A stretch of DNA of 64,000 nucleotides from a virus. The position numbers were made by a program, and so were the translations under genes. How positions within the stretch are numbered: position 1 is the stretch's first letter; every line of letters starts with the position of its first letter. Shown here in pieces: positions 51,073-60,572 of this stretch. Location of the stretch: positions 32,001 through 96,000 of IMG/VR virus record IMGVR_UViG_3300027770_000039. The stretch is one strand, 5' to 3'. The notes under the pieces are model-generated. The model was not told where the DNA came from and searched no databases. It saw only the letters and a program-made list of their open reading frames with translations.

Positions 51073-51146
51073 GTGCCATTAGCTTAGTTGGTTAAAGCCC
51101 CGAACTCATAATTCGGTAATCGTAGGTTCAAGTCCTACATGGCACA
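51073..51146 (+). tRNA. tRNA with CAT anticodon (elongator Met or Ile2)
   Basis: Acceptor GTGCCAT/ATGGCAC, anticodon arm CCGAA-CTCATAA-TTCGG; lacks the initiator GGG/CCC stem. Confidence 0.9.
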
Positions 51147-51269
51147 CAAGCTGCGCCCAACCTTAGAGGCTCGATCAACGCTTTACGGGTGTTATATAAA
51201 ATCCCCCAAAACCTATTGCAAATGTCAGTAGCCTCTGCTACAATTACGACATTCAACGAAAGGAATAAT

Positions 51270-52043
51270 ATGCCAAATTGGGTATATAACACATTAACGA
51301 TACAAGGTCCAAAGTCTGAAATTGATTCTATTAAGGATAGACTTAATAAGCCGTTTACTTTAGCACAAGAGAATCATGGTATGGGAGATATTACTCCTAA
51401 TGGTTTCCCCACCAAAATTAAAGAGGTTACTTATAGTAATCCTGTTTTTGCTTTCTTTAATATCCACTCATATAAAGATGAAGGTATTACTGATGAAGAG
51501 TATGCCTGCCAGCCTGACCGTTCAGGTCTTGACTTAAATGACCCTGATTGGTTCCGCAAATCTGTTGAGTTTGCTAAGACTCAGAAAGATTGGTATTCAT
51601 GGAATCAATCTAACTGGGGAACTAAATGGGATGTAGCCGTATCAGATGATGACAAATATCCTGAAACCGAATTGCTTGAACACAAGTCTGAAGGTGATGA
51701 TAACTGGCTTCTATATAAATACGAGACTGCTTGGTCACCTGCTGTAACTATCTTAACTAAACTATCTAATCTTGTTCCGAACTCCCTTCTCACATTAGAG
51801 TTTGAGGAAGAGACAGGCTGGGGTGGGGAATATGAGATTGTTCGTGGCGAAGTAAAAGAATTGGCAGAATGGGATAACCGTTGCTATGCTTGCCAATCTT
51901 ATGACACATTAAGTTATTGTGAAAATGACTGTGGCGAATTCTGTTCATCTTGTAATCAAGGCTCATGGCAGGATGCAGAGGCAATGGAAAAATGTCAGAC
52001 CCACATGGTACTATTAACCACTACCGAAACGAAAGGAAACTAA
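51270..52043 (+). CDS. DUF1281/YubB ferredoxin-like family protein
   Basis: MPNWVYNTLTI...DWYSWNQSNWGTKWD...ETAWSP with a C-terminal Cys cluster. Confidence 0.8.
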   Translation: MPNWVYNTLTIQGPKSEIDSIKDRLNKPFTLAQENHGMGDITPNGFPTKIKEVTYSNPVFAFFNIHSYKDEGITDEEYACQPDRSGLDLNDPDWFRKSVEFAKTQKDWYSWNQSNWGTKWDVAVSDDDKYPETELLEHKSEGDDNWLLYKYETAWSPAVTILTKLSNLVPNSLLTLEFEEETGWGGEYEIVRGEVKELAEWDNRCYACQSYDTLSYCENDCGEFCSSCNQGSWQDAEAMEKCQTHMVLLTTTETKGN

Positions 52044-52044
52044 C

Positions 52045-53491
52045 ATGGAAGACACATACGGAGCAACAGTAACACCTGCTGTACCTGCTACATACAATCC
52101 TAGTGCACTTGTGCAATACAAGTTTATTGAAGGAGAAAATGTAACATATCCAATTGCTAAAGTTACAGACTTAGAATGGGACCTAGAACAAGGTCGACGT
52201 TCTCGTGATAACTTTAACGAACTTAAAGGTACAGTTAATGAATTAGAAGAACTTCTAGTTGAACTGTATAATCCTAATTATACAAAAGAAGAAGCGCTGC
52301 AACAAATTGCAGAACTATTTGGATTTGAACTATCAAAGACAGTTACCATAACTGGAACTATTAACTTTGAAGTAATAATGCAAGTACCACTTGATGAGGT
52401 TGAAGATTTTGATGCTCATTACAAACTTGGCGATGAACTTTCTTTAACATCTTACAATGGCGATGTTGAAGTTAATGATTGGTCAATCGAAAGCACAGAT
52501 GTGGATTGGAACTAATGTACTTTGAACTTACCGCACCCGATAGGCTGTCAATGGAGATGGCCTATTGGGATGCACAAATAATCGGACTAGACCCAACTGC
52601 AATGTCACCGTTGACTTTCAATGTTGGAACTGGTAGTATTGAGAAAGTAAGTAAGATTCGTGACAAGTATAATTTAACTGAAAGTTATACCTCAGACTAC
52701 GAACCTACTGGATACACTAGGAGATAATATGTCAGATTACAAAGATGGTTTTGACGACGGGTATAAATTTGCTCGTGAAGAGATTATCGAAAAGCTATCA
52801 GAGATTGATATTAATGATATTGATTCCTGGATTTTAGATCGTCTAGCAGAAATGATGGAAGGTAATCAACTGTGATGGCTGAAGATGTATCCCCAGTTTA
52901 TTATTGCGATAGCTGCAGCGTAGCCCGTGCATCATATCTAATTAAACTATTAGATGGTGAACTGGCATTTTGCACACATCATTATAATAAATCTAAAAAG
53001 GCCCTTGACGAAAAGGCCTATGAAGTGGTAGAATTAAATAAAACGGAAGAGTCACCTAAACTAAAAGAAATGGCGGAATAGCAATGGGAGATAGAGCAAA
53101 CTTTGGATTCGTTCAACCGAACGGACAAACAATTGTATTATACGGTCACTGGGCAGGACATCAAATGCTAGGTAAATTAGCGGACGCTGTCATTGCTGCG
53201 AGACCACGCTGGAATGATTCATCATATGCAACACGTATCGCTATTAGCAATATCATTGCTGATCAGTGGAATATGGAAACTGGATGGGGCCTATACGTAA
53301 ATGAGATTGGCGACAATGAACATAAGATTGCCATCATTGATTGGGACCAGCAAACATTCAGTCTTCATGAGCATACGGATGCACGAGATCCTTTAAACAA
53401 AGTCCGTGGCATGAATAACAAAGCGCTCTTCACAATGGACCTAACTTCATTCTGTGAGAAGTATGCATTGGAAAGATTACTAGTAGTTTAA
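52045..53491 (+). CDS. Operon of hypothetical early ORFs (52045..52515, 52515..52727, about 52729..52874, 52872..53081 Zn-finger, 53084..53491)
   Basis: Coupled ORFs with RBSs; acidic composition. Confidence 0.6.
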
Positions 53492-53503
53492 ATTTAGAAG
53501 AAC

Positions 53504-53610
53504 GAATGGTGCATCTCCTTTAGATGCTAAGTAAGGCAGGCTTTCCTTTCGTTGAGGTCCTAGCAGCCATTCATCCTAAACCCCTATGACCCTTCTGGCA
53601 TGGGGGTTTA
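53504..53610 (+). ncRNA. Candidate anti-RBS small RNA (three-way junction plus terminal hairpin)
   Basis: GAATGG/CCATTC closing stem; GCATCT-CCTTT-AGATGC hairpin; a second stem-loop exposing TTTCCTTTCGTTG; 3' hairpin TAAACCCCTATG/CATGGGGGTTTA. Confidence 0.55.
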
Positions 53611-53782
53611 GCTTTGCGCTCACGGGTGAGGGTAGCATATGCTCTTTACGGAAGTCAAATTTATTTTCCTGAAATCCTAGCATATGGACAAAGCTGGGCT
53701 CATGTGGTGTGAATCACACGGATATAGCCTATACAATGTCAGTGGTATGTTATATAATTAAGGTCCTAGCGAAAGGAAATAT

Positions 53783-55011
53783 ATGTCATTCTTGGAGAAT
53801 GAAAACCAAATGGTGATAGACGCAGAATATTCTTATATTGGAGAACAACTGGTCGAAGACTGGACTAACTCTAATTTAGATGAAGGTCAACTATTTGCAG
53901 ATTTTAGATTTGCTGAAATGTGTGAGAGTAATTATCTAAAGGGTAGATTTAATCAGTTTTATGATTTAAAACCCGAAGACCAATACTATGTAGAATGGGA
54001 TGAGGAAGCATAATGTTAGGTTATACATATAAAGATATACAAGCATTTGGTAATAGTCTTACTTGGGCTATTGATACCGCCAAATCTCAGGGTGAAGAAC
54101 AACAGTATAAACAATTATTAATTGTATGGGATTTTTTTGAAGGTCTACTAGCAGAAGGGTATATAGATGAGAACACATACTACGGATAAGTTAATAGAAT
54201 ATATGAATATTCATTTAATTAGTCTTAATCAAGACTTAGATAAGGATTTGAATGTTGAATCTAAGATAAATATCCAAGGACAAATTATGGCTATAGAACA
54301 TCTATTGGAGGTATATAATGAGTTATAAGGATACTCTATTGGAACCCCGCCTTCAAAAACTGGTGGACCTGGGGGAATCAGGCACTGACATTCTGCACGG
54401 GGAATTAAAGAACCTTATGCTGGAAGCAGAGACTCAGCTTGATTATGCTACCAAAGCTGAGGAAGAATCAGAGGAAGCAATGGACTCTATGGAAAGAAGG
54501 TATTGGGAAGGCCAACTAGAGGCATTGACAGAATGCTATATATTGACGTATAATTTAACCTTCGCCATAAATGAAAGGATTATATCCCGTGGATGACATT
54601 CAGTATGACAGAGGACAAAAAATTAAAATGCAGTTGGACCAAATGGTCAATACTTTAAATGGCATGGATGTTTCATTGTCACTAGTATGGCTTTGGACAT
54701 GGGATTTAATTAGAGATAAATATGATCAATACTCTAAGGACGATCTTTATAGCGATTTAACAATTACTGATGGGACAACCCTTGATACTATCTGGGATAA
54801 ATTATGGTCTCAGGTTCCCGCCTCATTTACTCTGGAGTATGGCGCAGAGTACATAGATGAGGCTATAACAGACTGGATGTTAGACAACGGCTTCCTTACT
54901 GTGCTAGATGATGACGGCTGGCTGAATGACGATGAAGACATAGTAGATCTAACTGCAGAGGAAGAGACAGCAATGATTGAAGGATTAGTTAATCTAAACG
55001 AGATCCCATAA
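53783..55011 (+). CDS. Operon of very acidic hypothetical ORFs (53783..54013, 54318..54596, about 54589..55011 and two small unlisted ORFs)
   Basis: Downstream of the 53736 promoter; D/E-rich. Confidence 0.6.
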
Positions 55012-55137
55012 ACTTGTGGGCAAGGGGGCATAGCATAGTTTTTACGAGGCTATATACAAATCCCCCAATTTATGATAAAATATAAGAAAAGCTTTCTGAT
55101 CTTCAAGGCGGAGCTCAGATTTATCGAAAGGCAACAA

Positions 55138-55284
55138 ATGACAACAAAACGTGAATATCTAAAAAGCAAGGGCATTACAGTTGGTCGCCGTGGTCGCTTC
55201 TCAGGAGCTGCCAAGGTTGTGTTAGCGGAAGCTGACAAGAACGGTATGAAGTTTACAGCCGAAGTCCCAACAAAGACTAAGTAA
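55138..55284 (+). CDS. Lsr2-like DNA-binding-domain-only protein
   Basis: REYLKSKGITVGRRGRFS matches the Lsr2 C-terminal AT-hook (R.W....G..V..RGR); start after CGAAAGG. Confidence 0.65.
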   Translation: MTTKREYLKSKGITVGRRGRFSGAAKVVLAEADKNGMKFTAEVPTKTK

Positions 55285-55367
55285 ACAAACTAACATTGGG
55301 AGGGGTTGAGAGAACGTGCTCTTGACCTTTCCCAACCTTTTTGATAAAATCTTAATGAGAGGCGGAC

Positions 55368-55637
55368 ATGGGTAAAAGAACAGACGAAGATAAAATAGCA
55401 GAACAGTTACAAGAAGTTCTAGACAATCATTGGTTCAACCCTTCTATATGTGCCAGTGTAATTGTAAATAGATTTCCATTATATACGCAAGACAGATTAA
55501 TGGATTTAATGAAAGAAATTATTAAAGAGCAGGCTTCTAAGTTCCGACCTTATTGGGAGGAAGGAGTAACTTCCGAAGCAATTATGCTAGCAAGTCATCT
55601 TGCTGAGGTTATAGAAATGCATGAGCCCCTGGCATGA
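55368..55637 (+). CDS. Hypothetical protein
   Basis: TTGACC...TAAAAT promoter and GAGGCGG RBS. Confidence 0.6.
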   Translation: MGKRTDEDKIAEQLQEVLDNHWFNPSICASVIVNRFPLYTQDRLMDLMKEIIKEQASKFRPYWEEGVTSEAIMLASHLAEVIEMHEPLA

Positions 55638-56995
55638 CCGAAAAAGTCAAAGCTGGCAAGGATCGAAAGAAAGCTAATCATTCTTTAAGGACATTCCGTA
55701 AATGGAAGAAAAATGAGGCGGCTAAGAAACAAGCAGAAATAGATAGATACAATAATCTATGTGGTCCAGTAACCATAACATATATAAGTAAATAAACATA
55801 CATCTGGGATATATGCCTGATATGTACCATTGGTACACATTGGGTTATATGTCCCATTTGTTGTATATAGCTAAGGGCAGAATGTTGTCTTTACGATAAG
55901 GTATAAAAAATCCTGGAAAATATCTCAGAATATATAATAAATGTATATTAATTTAAAGAAACATATATAGAATATAACAAAATATATATAAAATATGGCA
56001 GAATATGTGGGCAAAATTTCCACTTTACGAGACATGTTTAAATATCCTGGAACACATTTATATAACATATATATAACATATGGCCCAAAGCTCTTGACAA
56101 TATGGGTAATATATGCCATGTGGGGCAATGTGGAGCATTACGGGGCTAAGTGGGGATCGCTCAATTACATGTATATCTATCTAAGTATATATTGATAACA
56201 TTTACGTTATAATTAATAGCATTTACTTTGATAGATCTCTGATGAATATGGCTCTAAAAGGTCATATAAGGCTATTAGAGAGGGTATAAAGTTCGGGGGG
56301 ATATAGGAATTAGGAGCATATTTTAGCCAATTAGAATGGAGCTTCTCCAGTATCTTTGGCTATACGTAATTGCTCTCTACCCCATGCATGGAATATGTCT
56401 ATCTGATTCTGGGTATATAAGCACATCTGACATAGTGAATATACTAGATCGCCTTTGGTATATAGGAAGAGTTCTTTATCTATATAACATACATTGCATT
56501 CCATGGCTTCCCCGCTTTTTATTTATCTGATCTAAATAGCTCGATTACTCCACCTATGATAGCAATGGCTGATATACCTAACATTAGATAGATCCAATAT
56601 ACGTATAGAATAGCCATTATTTACAATTCATACAGTAATATGGAGCACGTAGGTGATCTATACCGACATATCCTGATTTAGCACATTTGTAACATGTAGC
56701 TTTAACTATATTAGGATCTCCAAAATCTACCCATTTGATCCGTGTATCTCTGGTGTAAAATACCTTAGTTGCATACCATGTAATGGCTATTAGTAGTAGT
56801 TCTATCATTGTTCCCGCCTTTCAACAATTATGAGTGCATCCACAATCTGGACACTCTCCCCCTGGAGCAGCATTACAATCATCGCACCAGTCTGGTGGAT
56901 TTTGCTTATATCCTGGTATCTTTATTTCAGTCATATAATATATTATACTATATCTATATTATTTTAGTCAACTACTTTATATGTACTAAATATTG

Positions 56996-57066
56996 CTTCA
57001 GGTGTAGGAATCGGACCTACATTATCAGTTTCGGAAACTGCTCTACGACCATTATAGGAACCTGAA
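56996..57066 (-). tRNA. tRNA-Arg(CCG), atypical
   Basis: Acceptor TTCAGGT/ACCTGAA; D stem CTAT/GTAG; anticodon loop TTCCGAA; T arm GTAGG-TCCGATT-CCTAC (TCC instead of TTC). Confidence 0.65.
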
Positions 57067-57496
57067 ATTATTTAGTTTCCTATGATGATAATCCTTTAAA
57101 TGAGTGACATTCACATACGCCTACTACATCATATTTCTTTTCATCAACTTTAGCTATATCGCTATATTTAGCTTTACTCTGACAGTAATGACACTTCTCT
57201 GTCTCTTCCGTTTTTTCCAGAAATATCTCAAAATTATCTAATATGCCCATAGTAACCATTATAGCATAATATGGTCAACGTAGTTGACTGAAAACTATCT
57301 ACTTTTCGCCGCACTTTTAATCGTGGAATATAGATCATTATTCTTTTATAATTGATCTATCTATTCTTCGTATCTCGTATGAGCATACAGGGCATTCACC
57401 TATTACTAAATAATTTTTAGACTCTAGCTGAGTTATTGCGTTGACTTGGCCAGAGACTACCTTTTTACAATATTTGCAGTAAGCCTTGGTTATAAT

Positions 57497-57883
57497 TTAA
57501 ATTACTTCCTGGCCAGATTTTTCAACTACAAATCCGTTCTCTCTATCAAAAAGAACATAGTCTAAAGACTTAACGTCAAAGTATGTTTTAAACAAAGCTA
57601 TTACTTTTTCAAAATCTAGTTCACCGCATGTATATAGATCAAACTGGATTAGGCCTGGACGCTCCTCGTCCCAGATATGGAATGCAGCATGGCTTGTTTC
57701 AATCATAACAACACCAGTAAGGCCTCTGTTTCCTTCTTTGTTTACATATGAGGTAAATGGTCCCTTTATGATTTTCATATCTACAGACTCAATAAGATCT
57801 TTTAAGAAATCAATTCCCTGCTGCTCAGACCTAACTGGGTCTGATATTCTTGCATTTACTAATAGATGTTTGTGATATATCAT
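57497..57883 (-). CDS. speD: S-adenosylmethionine decarboxylase proenzyme
   Basis: HLLV...G.TGVVMIETSH...HIWDE...FDLYTCG pyruvoyl-enzyme motif. Confidence 0.85.
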   Translation of the reverse strand: MIYHKHLLVNARISDPVRSEQQGIDFLKDLIESVDMKIIKGPFTSYVNKEGNRGLTGVVMIETSHAAFHIWDEERPGLIQFDLYTCGELDFEKVIALFKTYFDVKSLDYVLFDRENGFVVEKSGQEVI

Positions 57884-58537
57884 TTATCTGCCTGTCCTAA
57901 AAATTCACTATTCCATAGATTGGACAGTGATTCATTGCCAATGTCATCAAAGTAGTATCTCTTTTTTTCTGGGCTGTAGATCCAGCCTTTCCATAAACCA
58001 GTTTCTTCTTCCGCCCATGTTAGATTGGTTGGAGTTTCATTTATAGCATTATCAAATTCTTTCATTAATGACTCGCTCATATGCCGTTGTCTTCCATATA
58101 CTTTAAACGCTCTTCGTATTTTTCCCAATATGGCACCCCGCTTGCATCGTAGTCAGATCCTAGTCTATCTAGCATCTCTTTATTTTCTGCAGAAATACTT
58201 TTGATCTTTTTTCTTAATAACTCTAATTTTTTAAAATCTTTGCAATTTTGACAAAGAGCTGTGTCAAAATCTTCAAAAGATATAGAAACTTTTGTCCAGC
58301 AGTTGTAGCACAAGTAATCCATTGATTTTATTTTCAATCTTCGCCCTCAATCTCTTCAGCCAGCGACTCAATATCTTCATCAATTAAGTCTTTAAATTTT
58401 TTATAAAAAGATTTACTTAATTTTTCTACTTCTTCTATTATCCAGTAAAGCTCTTCTTCACTAAAATCATCAATATGATCCAGTATAAAGTCATCTACTA
58501 AATTTAAGGTTTCATTTCTTAAATCAAAATTAAACAT
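57880..58537 (-). CDS. Three small hypothetical ORFs (57880..58128, 58077..58337, 58334..58537)
   Basis: Coupled ORFs; 58537 is leaderless after TAGTATAAT. Confidence 0.5.
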
Positions 58538-58569
58538 AATATAATTATACTATTATTTGCTAGTAAAGG

Positions 58570-59112
58570 TCAACTATAGTCTTGAACAATTATTTGTGAG
58601 GGCAGGCTGGTATGTATATCAAACTTAGCAGACACTTCAATAGCTTTGTTTGCCGATAAAATTGCGTCTTCTATGGTGTCTATCTTTTGACCCATCACGT
58701 AGCCTATGGCTATATTTTTTCCGCTTCCAGTTCCATATACCTTGTAGTCACTTTTGCTTATAGAAAAATCTGGGCCTATGTCGAATATTTTACCTTTTAC
58801 TGATATTAAGAAATTAAAGTCTGCTTCATCATGAGACCAGTCGTAATTTGCTTTCTTTAAGCATTTCATCATTGAGGGAATCATTTTGTTTACCACCCAC
58901 GTATTAATATCTCCAGATATCTTAGGGGGTTTCCATGAGTATGCAATTATGTCCCCAGGTCTTGCATCTCCCCTTAACCCAACAATTAGATCTTTATATT
59001 TAATTAGCTTTGGGGTATCTTGGCTTACCATCTTAAAGTTATCATCTGTAATCTGGCTGTCTGCTGCCATGACCGACCAACAGCATCCTTCTATGCCTAC
59101 TATAGTTGTCAA
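58570..59112 (-). CDS. Proteasome-beta/HslV-like Ntn protease
   Basis: N-terminal MTTIVG, AADSQIT...K, GSG and D..T motifs. Confidence 0.8.
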   Translation of the reverse strand: MTTIVGIEGCCWSVMAADSQITDDNFKMVSQDTPKLIKYKDLIVGLRGDARPGDIIAYSWKPPKISGDINTWVVNKMIPSMMKCLKKANYDWSHDEADFNFLISVKGKIFDIGPDFSISKSDYKVYGTGSGKNIAIGYVMGQKIDTIEDAILSANKAIEVSAKFDIHTSLPSQIIVQDYS

Positions 59113-59419
59113 CAGTTTTTAATATCTGTTATTATAGCCTCACCAAGCTCTTTGGTAAAATGGACATGACTCTCAGACAGTTTCTCAAATGCTGGAAAAA
59201 GAATGTTTATAATTTTGTTTTTAATTATTGTTTCATAATTTGACAAAATCTGTTCTGCTTTTAAAAATTGTTCATCTTCCATTTATTCCTCCTTGTTACA
59301 GTATTTTATTGAATTATCACATATTGGGTATTCGGCAGATCCTTCACAATTACAGGCTTTAGATATGCTTATTCCTTTTTTTATTAAAGACTCTTTAACA
59401 ATCTGTGGTATGTCTTTTG

Positions 59420-60034
59420 TCATGTTTTTGATTTATCATTCCACCAACGAACATTATTCCCACTATGTTTTCCAGCATTAGTTGAGTTTCCAGTAAGCAT
59501 AATTCTTAAAAGAGCTGGCAACTGATATCTTGGCTGGTCCGATCCAGATGTTACAAAAAAATCAATTAATCCTTTTAAAACATAATATGTTGTTAAAGAA
59601 TATAGGTTTGGTTTTTCTTGACAATTATAGTCAAAAGCAATTAGCTGGTATTTATCATGTAAAAAAATAATTTCATCAAGATTATGTGTTTTTTGTAAAT
59701 TATCTAGCCATGCCTGTTCTTTATGACTTATTGCATAAATATTAGAATTTAAACGCTTTCCATAATCTTTTTTATTTTGATTTAAAACCTTTAAATCTCT
59801 TATAGAATCTGGTGAATCTGCATTAAAAAAATGCAAAATTGTTGGTTCGCTAAAGTTTACCCAATCTTCATTTACAATAAATAAAGGAGCTTCCGTTCCT
59901 AGCGATGGATTAAACTTTGGATTATACGAATGCTTTAAGACACCAGCAATATCTATTCCGTGTCGGATAGGCATTTGCAAATCGTTACTTTCTTTTTTGC
60001 TTAACCGAATAGATTCAGCTTCGGCAGGATTCAA
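59420..60034 (-). CDS. AhpC/TSA (peroxiredoxin)-fold protein lacking the catalytic Cys
   Basis: LGTEAPLF...ILHFFNADSPDS...IYAIS...FLHD pattern. Confidence 0.45.
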   Translation of the reverse strand: MNPAEAESIRLSKKESNDLQMPIRHGIDIAGVLKHSYNPKFNPSLGTEAPLFIVNEDWVNFSEPTILHFFNADSPDSIRDLKVLNQNKKDYGKRLNSNIYAISHKEQAWLDNLQKTHNLDEIIFLHDKYQLIAFDYNCQEKPNLYSLTTYYVLKGLIDFFVTSGSDQPRYQLPALLRIMLTGNSTNAGKHSGNNVRWWNDKSKT

Positions 60035-60517
60035 TTAAGGTCTCCAACCTCTTAGCAACAATGAAAGTTCATAAAATCTTTTATTTTCTTGAGCCCAAGC
60101 TATTTTATTATCTTTTACTAAATAATCAGGGAAACCAAGTTTTTCATCATCACCAGTTCCGATAGCCGATGCTTCTTCTTCAGCATTAGTTATTCCTTTG
60201 TACAAAACTGATTTATAATTTGCTTGAATAGACTGATCTAAATCGTAAACATCATGTACATTATTTAATCCAACTAATCCTGGGACTGTTGATTTAAATG
60301 CTTGAACATCTTCTTCGTTATTATCCCAAACTAAACAAATCTTTATATCTTTAATTGTATTTTCAGTCATTGCTTGCACTAAAGACCTGCTTTTTCCATT
60401 TGCATTTGGCCTAGCAATTCTTCCCATAAACAAAACAAGGGCTTCCTCATTAGAATTTTGAGATAACCAATCAAATTGTGGTGCAGCATCTCCTACGCTT
60501 AACATATCTTTATTCAT
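60035..60517 (-). CDS. Redoxin-like protein (degenerate)
   Basis: MLSVGDAAPQF N-terminus; GFPDYLVKDNKI cis-Pro-like motif. Confidence 0.4.
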   Translation of the reverse strand: MNKDMLSVGDAAPQFDWLSQNSNEEALVLFMGRIARPNANGKSRSLVQAMTENTIKDIKICLVWDNNEEDVQAFKSTVPGLVGLNNVHDVYDLDQSIQANYKSVLYKGITNAEEEASAIGTGDDEKLGFPDYLVKDNKIAWAQENKRFYELSLLLRGWRP

Positions 60518-60572
60518 AAATTAAATCTCCTTTAGGTTTTGACCTACACTAATTATATATTAAAAATCAACC

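Larger units (their letters stand above)
44173..53718. promoter_or_regulatory. CRP/GlxR-type boxes TGTGA-N6-TCACA
   Basis: Perfect copies at 44397-44412 and 48745-48760; near-consensus copies at 44173, 45436, 45512, 46722, 47898 and 53703. Confidence 0.7.
44246..53758 (+). promoter_or_regulatory. 13 RecA-NDp/PafBC-type promoters, WTGTCRGW-N9-TAnnnT
   Basis: Copies start at 44246, 44441, 45575, 45971, 46764, 46946, 47940, 48400, 48797, 49022, 49905, 51222 and 53736, all with invariant spacing. Confidence 0.85.

Noticed and set aside
50995-51146. tRNAs as a prophage attachment site or host-chromosome junction
   Set aside because: No integrase and no duplicated tRNA 3' end; phage-type genes and motifs continue on both sides.
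45597-51269. N-terminal extensions given by the ORF track (45597, 46764, 46946, 48797, 49905, 51189)
   Set aside because: These starts fall within or upstream of the promoter motif (ATGTCRG supplies the ATG). The true starts follow the -10 or the AACGAAAGG RBS.
44100-56300. LexA SOS boxes (TCGAAC-N4-GTTCGA) controlling the early region
   Set aside because: None was noticed. The recurring motif is the LexA-independent RecA-NDp type. A formal scan was not possible.
55925-57065. Track ORFs 55925..56128, 55995..56195, 56336..56530 and 56808..57065
   Set aside because: They are low-complexity Y/I-rich translations of AT-rich DNA, or lie antisense to small minus-strand genes and tRNA-Arg.
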